From: Phosphitispora fastidiosa
GTDB lineage: Bacteria > Bacillota > Thermincolia > Thermincolales > UBA2595
Assembly (NCBI RefSeq): GCF_019008365.1
Contig: NZ_JAHHUL010000007.1
Span: 14,133 to 46,132 of the forward strand
Reading direction: 5' to 3'
DNA: 32,000 nucleotides
Shown: positions 1 through 7,913 of the stretch, in pieces
How positions within the stretch are numbered: position 1 is the first letter of the stretch
How the letters are laid out: every line of letters starts with the position of its first letter
Program-made: the position numbers and the translations under genes
Notes under the pieces: generated by a model
What the model was told of the DNA's origin: nothing
Seen by the model: only the letters and a program-made list of their open reading frames with translations
Databases searched by the model: none

Positions 1-2
1 TG

Positions 3-1238
3 ATTTATTGCGCTATACCTTACGCTATTGAAGGGCTGATAAGTATCGAAAAAACTTTTAAGAGTGACGGTTTGGTAACTGACGTGGGAGCAGAATTAAT
101 CAGAGATAAAGCGGTAAAAGTTGATTTCGACAACAAGCAGGTAGCAGTTGAAAAGGGGGGTATTTACGGCTATGACAAACTGGTGATAGCGACCGGTTCC
201 GAACCAGCGTTTCCCAGTATACCCGGAATTTCATTAAATGGAATTTTTGCAGTAAAAACGGAAAATGACCTTAGGAGAACAATAGCATTAAAAGAAACAG
301 GATTGAAAAAAGCGGTTGTGGTAGGAGCCGGCGCTATAGGTGTGGAATTGGCACAGGCCTTAAAAGGCGTGGGAATATCAGTAGACTTGATAGATATTGC
401 TGACCAGATATTAGGGAGTATTGCAGATAGCGATATGACCGCTGAAGTTCAGGGGAAAATTATTGATAACGGTATTAGAATGTTTTTGAATACTCAGGTT
501 ACAGCACTAAAGGGAGACAAAACGGTCCGGGAGGTTGTTCTGAGCAGTGGAGAAGCGATTAAGTTTGCCGATAAAGAAGGCGAACCTGTTCACGGAGCAG
601 TATTTTTCGCTATAACTATGAAGCCCGGTATTGATATCTTTAAGGAAACGGCATTAGATATCGAAAAAGGAGGAATTGTTGTCAATGGCAGGATGGAAAC
701 AAATATCCCCAATGTTTATGCTGTTGGCGACTGTGTTCAATTTGTATCCGGTATTACCGGAGCGGTAATTTCGGGTAAGCTGGCTACAAATGCTGTGCCA
801 ATGGGTAAAGTGGCAGCCAGGAATATCATGGGTATTGACAGCGAATATCAGGGATATTTTAACGGAGCGGCCACCAAAGTTTATGATTTGTTTATCGGAG
901 GAACCGGTTTAACAGAAAAAATGGCATTACAGAGCGGTTATGATGTTGTTGCAGGTTATGGGGCAACGACAACTATTTTCCCTATATTACCCGGCGCCAA
1001 AAAAGTCAAAGTAAAGTTGGTAGCTGACCGTAAAACCCACCGCTTACTGGGGGGTCAGATACTAAGCGAAGAGCCGGTTGGCGCCAAAATTGACCTCTTG
1101 ACTTTTGCCCTGCAAAAAGCGACCCTGTTGGAAGAAGTATCAATGTTAAGCTATTCCGCACAACCCTACCAATCATTCTATCCCGCCCAAAATGCAATTG
1201 TAATGGCAGCAGATGAAATTCTGGCAGCATTAAACTGA
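3..1238 (+). CDS. FAD-dependent pyridine nucleotide-disulfide oxidoreductase, NADH oxidase / CoA-disulfide reductase family (5' end cut by the window edge)
   Basis: The frame is open from nt 3 (IYCAIPYAIEGLISIEK...), upstream of the TTG at 72 used by the ORF track, so the gene starts outside the window. C-A-I-P-Y sits where the single redox Cys (CGLPY-type motif) of Nox/CoADR enzymes lies. Also present: NAD(P)H Rossmann motif VVVGAGAIGVELAQAL, FAD motif YAVGDC and a C-terminal dimerisation-type region. Confidence 0.8.
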   Translation: MYCAIPYAIEGLISIEKTFKSDGLVTDVGAELIRDKAVKVDFDNKQVAVEKGGIYGYDKLVIATGSEPAFPSIPGISLNGIFAVKTENDLRRTIALKETGLKKAVVVGAGAIGVELAQALKGVGISVDLIDIADQILGSIADSDMTAEVQGKIIDNGIRMFLNTQVTALKGDKTVREVVLSSGEAIKFADKEGEPVHGAVFFAITMKPGIDIFKETALDIEKGGIVVNGRMETNIPNVYAVGDCVQFVSGITGAVISGKLATNAVPMGKVAARNIMGIDSEYQGYFNGAATKVYDLFIGGTGLTEKMALQSGYDVVAGYGATTTIFPILPGAKKVKVKLVADRKTHRLLGGQILSEEPVGAKIDLLTFALQKATLLEEVSMLSYSAQPYQSFYPAQNAIVMAADEILAALN

Positions 1239-1391
1239 AATAATCCTCCCGGAAATATAGTCGTTTTTGTGTCAAACCATACACGACAGATGTACACGTC
1301 CCAAGCAAAAAGAGGCCTGCAGGCTGCTTTTTTAAAAAGTCCTGTCAGACCTCTTTATCTTTAATACCGCATACGGTAAACGTATCTTAGT

Positions 1392-1474
1392 TGGTGCCGA
1401 AGGGGGGACTCGAACCCCCATGGTTTCCCGCACGATTTTGAATCGTGTGCGTCTGCCAATTCCGCCACTTCGGC
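1392..1474 (-). tRNA. tRNA-Leu (anticodon CAA), class II with long variable arm, CCA encoded
   Basis: The reverse complement reads GCCGAAGTGGCGGAATTGGCAGACGCACACGATTCAAAATCGTGCGGGAAACCATGGGGGTTCGAGTCCCCCCTTCGGCACCA. It has a 7-bp acceptor stem GCCGAAG/CTTCGGC, an anticodon stem CACGA/TCGTG around loop TTCAAAA (CAA), a T arm GGGGG-TTCGAGT-CCCCC, and discriminator A plus CCA. Confidence 0.92.
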
Positions 1475-1507
1475 ATTTAATAGAGTACAACTAAAGTTGC
1501 ATAAATT

Positions 1508-1536
1508 ATTCTATCAAAGTTAAAGTTTAAAGTCAA
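1508..1536 (-). promoter_or_regulatory. Sigma-A-type promoter for tRNA-Leu
   Basis: The minus strand reads TTGACT (1536-1531), a 17-nt spacer, then TAGAAT (1513-1508), about 33 nt upstream of the mature tRNA 5' end. Confidence 0.5.
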
Positions 1537-1588
1537 ATGGAACTTTTCTCTTCCACATTTAAGAGCAAAATTCTAAAAATGTTAAATA

Positions 1589-1617
1589 TTGACAGCTAAC
1601 AAAATATATAATAAAAT
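1589..1617 (+). promoter_or_regulatory. Sigma-A-type promoter upstream of the carbonic anhydrase gene
   Basis: TTGACA (1589-1594), exactly 17 nt, then TAAAAT (1612-1617), about 125 nt upstream of the ATG at 1743. Confidence 0.45.
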
Positions 1618-1742
1618 GTTATCAACGTAAAGATTCAGAAAACTCAAACATGTTTTAAAGCCCCAGGAGGCCCGGGCTCTGAAAGGCTTTTTAAATTAAA
1701 ATTGAATAGGGGGGTATTTGTGTGTATAAGATGGGGAGAGTT

Positions 1743-2510
1743 ATGCCCAAAATCATATTTGCCCTGCTGATTATGGCCGTTCTGGCTACTGCCGGATGTG
1801 GCGCACAGCAGACAAGTACTAATACTAATCCTAATCCTGCATCAGATAATACTGCTGCCGAGAGTAAAGCGGCAGAAACGGGCAACATTAAAGCAAATGT
1901 TGCCACAAGCTTCAACAAAGAGGTAGATACACCACAGATCAGCGCCAGTACTTTTGTTGACCCTATGGCTTCAGTAATCGGTAATGTTCAGCTTGGTGAC
2001 AACGTATATGTCGCTCCGATGGCATCTGTACGCGGTGATGAAGGACAGCCGATTTTTGTCGGCAGTAATTCCAACATTCAGGACGGAGTGGTACTTCACG
2101 GTCTTGAAACAGAAGAAAACGGTGAACCGGTGGAAAATAACATGTATGAAGTTAACGGACAGAAATATGCCGTTTATGTAGGCAGCCACGTTTCCCTGGC
2201 ACACCAGTCCCAGGTCCATGGACCTGCAGCGGTTGGTGACAACACCTTTATCGGTATGCAGGCTCTTGTATTCAAGGCCAGGGTTGGCAGCAACTGTGTT
2301 GTAGAGCCCGGCGCCCGGCTTCTAAACGGTGTTGTGGTAGCTGACGGAAGGTATGTTCCGGCAGGTATGGTTGTTACTACCCAGGAACAGGCCGATAAGC
2401 TGCCTGTTATTGATGATACTTATTCAATGAAAGACCTCAACAAGGGTGTTCTTCATGTTAATGAAGGATTGGCTGCAGGATACCTCGGGGGTTCAGCAGA
2501 ATCACACTAA
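1743..2510 (+). CDS. cam: Gamma-class carbonic anhydrase, canonical Cam type, with lipoprotein signal peptide
   Basis: ATG 1743 is preceded by GGGGAGAG; the ORF-track start at 1722 is a GTG with no better SD. The N-terminus MPKIIFALLIMAVLATAGC has a lipobox (TAG|C). The left-handed beta-helix body is collinear with Methanosarcina thermophila Cam as I recall it: VIGNV..PMASVRGDEGQPIFVGSNSNIQDGVVLHGLE...SLAHQSQVHGPAAVGDNTFIGMQA...DGRYVPAGMVV. Confidence 0.88.
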   Translation: MPKIIFALLIMAVLATAGCGAQQTSTNTNPNPASDNTAAESKAAETGNIKANVATSFNKEVDTPQISASTFVDPMASVIGNVQLGDNVYVAPMASVRGDEGQPIFVGSNSNIQDGVVLHGLETEENGEPVENNMYEVNGQKYAVYVGSHVSLAHQSQVHGPAAVGDNTFIGMQALVFKARVGSNCVVEPGARLLNGVVVADGRYVPAGMVVTTQEQADKLPVIDDTYSMKDLNKGVLHVNEGLAAGYLGGSAESH

Positions 2511-2542
2511 ACCCCAAAATTGCATATTCAAACAGAGTAGAA

Positions 2543-2580
2543 ACTCCGGTGGGACCGCATTTCCTGACCGGAGTTTTTTC
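2543..2580 (+). terminator. Rho-independent terminator after cam
   Basis: ACTCCGGT (2543-2550) pairs with ACCGGAGT (2567-2574) and is followed by TTTTTT. Confidence 0.7.
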
Positions 2581-2664
2581 TTGTTTTCCACCCTTTGCCT
2601 CTTGTATATTGAAGGTGTTTTCAGGGCTGACGGGGAATTAGTGTAACTAATTGAACCACGGACC

Positions 2665-2690
2665 GGAACCTTTATGGATTCGGTTTCGTC
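2665..2690 (+). promoter_or_regulatory. ECF-type (autoregulatory) promoter
   Basis: GGAAC (2665-2669), 17 nt, then CGTC (2687-2690). This matches the generic ECF -35 GGAAC / -10 CGTC architecture and lies about 37 nt upstream of the GTG start of the ECF sigma gene. Confidence 0.5.
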
Positions 2691-2726
2691 AATAGTTTAG
2701 AACCTCGGGTAGGAGGGGATGACCGG

Positions 2727-3329
2727 GTGAACATAAGCGATGAAGCGCTTATAGAAAAAATAAAACAAGGCAACATTGATGCTTTTGAACAACTGATTTC
2801 AAATTACGAAACTAAGGTGTATACCATAGCATATCGTTATTTTGGTAACTATAATGATGCAAGCGACATGGCTCAGGAGGCACTTATCAGAGTATACCGG
2901 TCTATCAACAGTTTTCGGGGAGAGAGTTCCTTCTCTACCTGGTTGTACAGGGTGGTGACAAATGTGTGTAAGGATGAATTGCGTCGCCGGGCAAGACATA
3001 CTACGGTATCTATGGATGAGATGATTGAAAATGGCAGGGCCCCTGCAGTGGAAAACAAGTGCAGACCTATTGAGGAAATGATTCTCCGTAAAGAGCTGCA
3101 GGATGAAGTTCAGGATGTACTGAACTCCTTATCGGAGGATTACCGGACCATTGTCATAATGAGGGATATCCAGGGTTATTCCTATGAAGAAATATCTTTT
3201 TTCCTGGAATGTTCTCTGGGGACCGTTAAGTCAAGGCTCAACAGGGCACGTAATGCATTAAAGGAAAAGCTGCTGGAACGCAGGGATTTATTTACGGGGA
3301 CTCATGTGGAGGCCATTGAGAGGGGGTAG
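2727..3329 (+). CDS. ECF-family RNA polymerase sigma factor (sigma-70 regions 2 and 4)
   Basis: GTG start follows GGTAGGAGGGG. Region 2 reads DASDMAQEALIRVYRSINSFRGESSFSTWLYRVVTN. Region 4 HTH reads YSYEEISFFLECSLGTVKSRLNRARNAL. Size is 200 aa. Confidence 0.9.
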   Translation: MNISDEALIEKIKQGNIDAFEQLISNYETKVYTIAYRYFGNYNDASDMAQEALIRVYRSINSFRGESSFSTWLYRVVTNVCKDELRRRARHTTVSMDEMIENGRAPAVENKCRPIEEMILRKELQDEVQDVLNSLSEDYRTIVIMRDIQGYSYEEISFFLECSLGTVKSRLNRARNALKEKLLERRDLFTGTHVEAIERG

Positions 3330-3333
3330 GGAG

Positions 3334-4899
3334 ATGCAGTGCAGTGAAATAAGAGAGTTGTTATCGGCATATATTGATGGTGTCCTGGATACTAATGAAA
3401 ACACAGCAGTCAAAGAGCATCTCAGGACCTGCAGCGAGTGCTCCCGGGATTTGGCTGACTTACAGGAGACCATCAGGCTGCTCCGTTCCCTTGGTGACAT
3501 CAGGCCTCCGGAAGGTTTTCGCCAAGAATTAAGGGGAAAACTGGAGAAAGAGCCGCTGCCTGCCGGCAGTATTAAAAATCTCTTTTGGACCCAAAAAGCC
3601 CGCCGCTGGATCGCCGGACCTGGAAAGTACCTGGCAGCTTCATTTATAATTATCGGTCTGGGGCTGAGTACGGGGATTTATAACCTCCTCCAGTCTGGAA
3701 TACTGCCTAAAAGTGCGTCATATGAAATGGCTCTGGAACAAAAGACGGAATCCGGTACAGACCGGGCAGCGCTGGAATCTGTGCCTCAAAACGGTAAAGA
3801 AAAGAGCATTGCGGAAATTCCTGCCGGAGAATCAGACACGGTATCTTCTACTGCCAGGAACCCGCAGGCCGAACAGAATGAAGGGTTTATTGCAGGGGCG
3901 CCTGCAGATATAGCTCTGAGAAAAGCCCTGGCGCCTGAGGGGAAAGGCGGAGGGACCGTTGATCCTGCAGCGGACCAAACTGCCGGAAATTCTATCAATT
4001 ACTCTGCTGCCAATCCGGAGACAACAGTTTTAAGGAGCAGCTATCAGGAAGGCGCTTCACAGGATAGCATTACCGACCAACCGCAGCAGCCCTTCATGAA
4101 GAGTTCAGAAATATTGATTACAGCCATGGAGACTCCGGAATCGGGAACCACAACTTCAGAGGCTTATCCTGAATCTCCTGAAGAAAGTGCAGGAAGTGTA
4201 TTAATAACTCCAAATTACGATTCAGGTGCAAGTAAAAACAGCGAAAAATCTGTTAGTGTTTCCGAGGATGCGGCTTTGTCCAACAATGGCATAAAAGGAG
4301 AAATAGACCAGGAGGCCGCTAAAGATGGTTTCCTCAGTATAGAAGTCAGTAATTATAAGGAGTTTGAACCAAAGCTGACAGGGCTTGTGGACCGGTTCAA
4401 CGGTTCTGTCGAAAGTTCCACCAGCCTTACAGGAGAGTTGGTTAATGCCGGATTTGTTATCAGGGTTCCGGCAAACAGCTTTAACGAAATGCTGGGCAAG
4501 ATTGAAGCCCTCGGGAAGGTTGCCGGGAAGCAGGTTTCCGACAGGGATATGTCTACAGAGATTGATGAGTCCCAGTCCAGAATGGATAACCTCCGGAATG
4601 AGGAGGAGCGCCTGCTGGGGCTGGTAGATAAGGCGAACTCCCTCGATGAGGCGCTGACTCTTGAAAAGGAACTGGCACGGGTCAGGGATGAGAGTGAACT
4701 AATTCAGGGCAAGTTAAACACTCTTAATGAATCCGGCCAATTTTCCCTGATCAGGCTTGATATCAGAGAAGCAGCGCCTGCAGAGGCTGAGCCGGTTCCG
4801 GAGAAAAGCGCAGCCGGGTGGCTTCTCCCGATAGCGCTGATTATTGCCGGGATTGGCGGTGTAATTTACTATTTCCGTATCAGGAGAGCTGAACCATAG
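3334..4899 (+). CDS. Membrane anti-sigma factor: N-terminal zf-HC2 (ZAS) domain, TM segment, long low-complexity linker, C-terminal DUF4349-like domain and C-terminal TM anchor
   Basis: ATG 3334 lies 4 nt after the sigma stop, behind GGGGGTAGGGAG. The H-x3-C-x2-C motif is HLRTCSEC. TM segment is YLAASFIIIGLGLSTGIYNLL. The C-terminal coiled region (FVIRVPANSFNEMLGKIEALGKV...STEIDESQSRMDNLRNEEERLL...LEKELARVRDE) is typical of DUF4349. The final TM is GWLLPIALIIAGIGGVIYYF. Confidence 0.8.
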   Translation: MQCSEIRELLSAYIDGVLDTNENTAVKEHLRTCSECSRDLADLQETIRLLRSLGDIRPPEGFRQELRGKLEKEPLPAGSIKNLFWTQKARRWIAGPGKYLAASFIIIGLGLSTGIYNLLQSGILPKSASYEMALEQKTESGTDRAALESVPQNGKEKSIAEIPAGESDTVSSTARNPQAEQNEGFIAGAPADIALRKALAPEGKGGGTVDPAADQTAGNSINYSAANPETTVLRSSYQEGASQDSITDQPQQPFMKSSEILITAMETPESGTTTSEAYPESPEESAGSVLITPNYDSGASKNSEKSVSVSEDAALSNNGIKGEIDQEAAKDGFLSIEVSNYKEFEPKLTGLVDRFNGSVESSTSLTGELVNAGFVIRVPANSFNEMLGKIEALGKVAGKQVSDRDMSTEIDESQSRMDNLRNEEERLLGLVDKANSLDEALTLEKELARVRDESELIQGKLNTLNESGQFSLIRLDIREAAPAEAEPVPEKSAAGWLLPIALIIAGIGGVIYYFRIRRAEP

Positions 4900-4958
4900 G
4901 CTTGCGAAAGGCCGATAATTGGAAGGTTTCAGACGGGTAAATTGTGGATTTTGCGGTA

Positions 4959-5016
4959 AATATTATGGCGGGGCGCTGCCGGGAAATTTCCGGTGCAAGT
5001 ACCCCGCCATAATATT
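4959..5016. repeat. Perfect 15-bp inverted repeat (AATATTATGGCGGGG / CCCCGCCATAATATT) with a 28-nt loop, between the anti-sigma gene and polA
   Basis: Left arm is 4959-4973 and right arm is 5002-5016. The loop contains a nested CCGG..GAAATTTC..CCGG palindrome. A third direct copy of ATTATGGCGGG sits at 5078-5088, just before the polA SD. Confidence 0.8.
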
Positions 5017-5112
5017 ATGCTTATTTCCCGGGCTGTGTTGCAGGTATTTTCCCATATTACGGTGAAAATACTATAAAATTATGGCGGGTTCACGCCCATG
5101 GGAGGAAACGTA

Positions 5113-7824
5113 ATGAAAGATAAAACCAGGTTGATGATTTTAGATGGGAACAGCCTCATTTACAGGGCATTTTATGCTATACCGCTGTTAACCAGCAGTG
5201 AAGGGGAGTTCACAAATGCGGTTTATGGTTTTATGAATATGCTGATGAAGGTTCTCAGTGATGAAAAACCGGGTTGTATTGCGGTTGCCTTTGATAAAGG
5301 GAAGGTAACCTTTAGGAATGAAAAATTTGACCAATACAAGGGCACCCGGAAAGCGACTCCTGACGAGCTGAGACCCCAGTTTGCCTATGTGAAGGATATT
5401 CTAAAGGCGATGAATATACCGACCTATGAGCTGGAGGGTTATGAGGCTGATGACCTGATAGGCACAGTAACTAAGCGGGCCGAGGAAGAGGGATATATGA
5501 GCGTCATTGTGACCGGGGACCGGGATGCCCTGCAGCTTATATCGCCGGCTACCACGGTGATGCTTACCCGGAAGGGGATTTCGGAGACTGAGCTTTATGA
5601 TACCGGCAGGGTAAAAGAGAGGTATGGCCTGACTCCGGAACAAATGATAGATGTGAAGGGACTTATGGGTGATTCCTCAGATAATATTCCCGGTGTACCC
5701 GGAATAGGTGAAAAGACTGCTCTCAAGCTGATAAACACGTATGGCAGCATGGAAAAGGTTTATGAAAACCTGGGTGACCTTACCCCAAAGATGCGGGAAA
5801 AGCTGACGGAAAACCGGGAACTGGCTTTTCTGAGCAGGGAACTGGCCACCATTATCAGGGATGTTCCCTTTGAACTTGATTTAATGGAGTGTTATCTGGA
5901 GGAACCGGATTATGATAAACTGATGCCACTGTTACAGAAAATGGAGTTTAAAACCCTGATTAATTCCTTTACCGAAAGAATGAAGGCTGCCGGACTGGCC
6001 CCATCCGAGTCCGGGCAGGCACCGCCGGTGTGTCAGGTGGAATATGAATGTACGGTACTGCCGCTGCAGGAAGGCCTGGACAGGCTGGCAGCTGACCTTG
6101 ATAAAGGAGAAATAAGCATATCTTATGAACTCAGCAATCCTGACCCGATGCTCGCTGAACTGACAGGATTCAGCTGGAGTGTGGAACCCGGCACTGCGGC
6201 ATATGTAACCGGGGTCGGGGAGGGCCAGGCCGAGTTATTCAGAGAAGAGGCAAATATATCTCCATTGGCGTCTCTGGCAGGGTCCAGAGCTGGGGTGAAA
6301 AAGTACTGTCATGACGGGAAAAGGCTTATGGTGGCACTTGATAGATACGGCATCAGGTGGGGGTCTGTTGCCCAGGATACGCTGCTGGCTGCCTACCTTC
6401 TGAACCCAACTGGGCATCACCAGGACCTGGCTGATTTGAGCGCAGAATACCTGGGGCGGGAGCTTGCTCCCGGCGATGAAAGCGCCGGAGCTGCCGGAAC
6501 TTCCGGAGCTGCCGGAGCCGGTTCGAGTGCGGCTGTCATTATGGAACTGCAGAAGGTATTGGCGCAAAAACTGGCTGATGACGGCCTGGAAGAACTGTAT
6601 TACAGTGTTGAGCTGCCCCTTACCAGAATACTGGCAGACATGGAGATAACCGGAGTCAGGGTAGACAGGGAGCGCCTCACGGAAATGTCAGCAGAACTGG
6701 CGGATAAGCTGGAAAACATCAGCACAGAGATATATGGGCTTTCCGGAGAGGAATTTAACATAAATTCACCAAAACAGCTGGGCTACATCCTTTTTGAAAA
6801 AATGGGACTCCCGGCAGCCAAAAAAACTAAAACCGGTTACTCAACTGATGTGGAGGTATTGGAAAGGCTGGCAGCCGAACACGGGATAGCGGAGAAGATC
6901 CTTGAGTTCAGGCAGCTTGCCAAACTTAAATCAACCTATGTAGACGGTCTCCGCGGCCTGATTAATCCCCGTACCGGCAGGCTGCATACAACCTTTAACC
7001 AGGCGGTTACAGCAACAGGCAGGCTCAGCAGCGCTGAACCAAACCTCCAGAACATCCCGATTCGGATGGAAGAAGGCAGGCGGATCAGAAAGGCTTTTGT
7101 GCCTTCTGAACCGGGACACCGGCTTCTGGCTGCCGACTACTCACAAATAGAATTAAGGGTACTGGCACATATTTCCGGTGATGCCAATTTCATCAGGGCC
7201 TTCAGAGAAGGACAGGATATCCACACACATACTGCTTCCGAGGTTTTTGGTGTTCCTGAAAATGAGGTTACCAGGGAAATGAGGGATGGCGCCAAGGCTG
7301 TTAACTTTGGAATTGTGTACGGGATCAGTGAGTTCGGTCTGGCAAGGAATATCAGGATAACCAGACAGCAGGCCAGAGAATATATTGACGGTTATCTGGA
7401 CCGTTACCCCGGCATCAGGGAATTCATGAAAAATATAGTGGTTGAGGCACGGGAAAATGGGTATGTGACCACTATCCTGGACCGGCGCAGATACATTCCT
7501 GACCTGAAAAGCCGCAACCACAATGTCAGGGCGTTCGGGGAACGGGCAGCCATGAACACCCCGATTCAGGGCAGCGCTGCTGATATCATTAAGCTGGCCA
7601 TGGTCAGGGTGGCGGAATGCCTGGAGCGGGAAGGCCTGAAGACTAAAATGCTGCTGCAGGTTCATGATGAGTTGATATTTGAAGTGCCTGAAGAGGAGAT
7701 GGAGAAGGCTGTCCCACTAATCAGGGATTGCATGGAAAATGCTGTAGAGCTGGAGGTTCCGCTGGTTGTGGACATGAAACAAGGCCCCAGTTGGTTTGAT
7801 ATGGAAAAGATTAAAAATGTCTAA
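5113..7824 (+). CDS. polA: DNA polymerase I
   Basis: ATG 5113 follows GGGAGGAAACG; the ORF-track start at 5098 has no SD. Also present: an N-terminal 5'-nuclease domain (LMILDGNSLIYRAFYA, GDSSDNIPGVPGIGEKTA) and polymerase motifs A (DYSQIELRVLAH), B (RDGAKAVNFGIVYG) and C (QVHDEL). Confidence 0.97.
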   Translation: MKDKTRLMILDGNSLIYRAFYAIPLLTSSEGEFTNAVYGFMNMLMKVLSDEKPGCIAVAFDKGKVTFRNEKFDQYKGTRKATPDELRPQFAYVKDILKAMNIPTYELEGYEADDLIGTVTKRAEEEGYMSVIVTGDRDALQLISPATTVMLTRKGISETELYDTGRVKERYGLTPEQMIDVKGLMGDSSDNIPGVPGIGEKTALKLINTYGSMEKVYENLGDLTPKMREKLTENRELAFLSRELATIIRDVPFELDLMECYLEEPDYDKLMPLLQKMEFKTLINSFTERMKAAGLAPSESGQAPPVCQVEYECTVLPLQEGLDRLAADLDKGEISISYELSNPDPMLAELTGFSWSVEPGTAAYVTGVGEGQAELFREEANISPLASLAGSRAGVKKYCHDGKRLMVALDRYGIRWGSVAQDTLLAAYLLNPTGHHQDLADLSAEYLGRELAPGDESAGAAGTSGAAGAGSSAAVIMELQKVLAQKLADDGLEELYYSVELPLTRILADMEITGVRVDRERLTEMSAELADKLENISTEIYGLSGEEFNINSPKQLGYILFEKMGLPAAKKTKTGYSTDVEVLERLAAEHGIAEKILEFRQLAKLKSTYVDGLRGLINPRTGRLHTTFNQAVTATGRLSSAEPNLQNIPIRMEEGRRIRKAFVPSEPGHRLLAADYSQIELRVLAHISGDANFIRAFREGQDIHTHTASEVFGVPENEVTREMRDGAKAVNFGIVYGISEFGLARNIRITRQQAREYIDGYLDRYPGIREFMKNIVVEARENGYVTTILDRRRYIPDLKSRNHNVRAFGERAAMNTPIQGSAADIIKLAMVRVAECLEREGLKTKMLLQVHDELIFEVPEEEMEKAVPLIRDCMENAVELEVPLVVDMKQGPSWFDMEKIKNV

Positions 7825-7913
7825 CATTTAACAATTAAAGTTTGGAGGACAATTTGCTATAATAGATATAGAAGTTCATGTTATGTTAACTAATATGGGG
7901 AGGTTACTACCTT

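Noticed and set aside
1306-1333. Possible bidirectional terminator (AAAAAG-AGGCCTGCAGGCT-GCTTTTTT) between the oxidoreductase gene and tRNA-Leu
   Set aside because: The palindrome GCCTGCAGGC leaves essentially no loop, and the flanks pair poorly. The A and T runs are suggestive, but the stem is too weak to call.
7153-7665. 170-aa antisense ORF inside polA, plus similar antisense ORFs at 5401-5643, 6235-6567 and 17403-17993
   Set aside because: These are shadow ORFs on the opposite strand of strongly supported genes. They have no SD or recognisable motifs.
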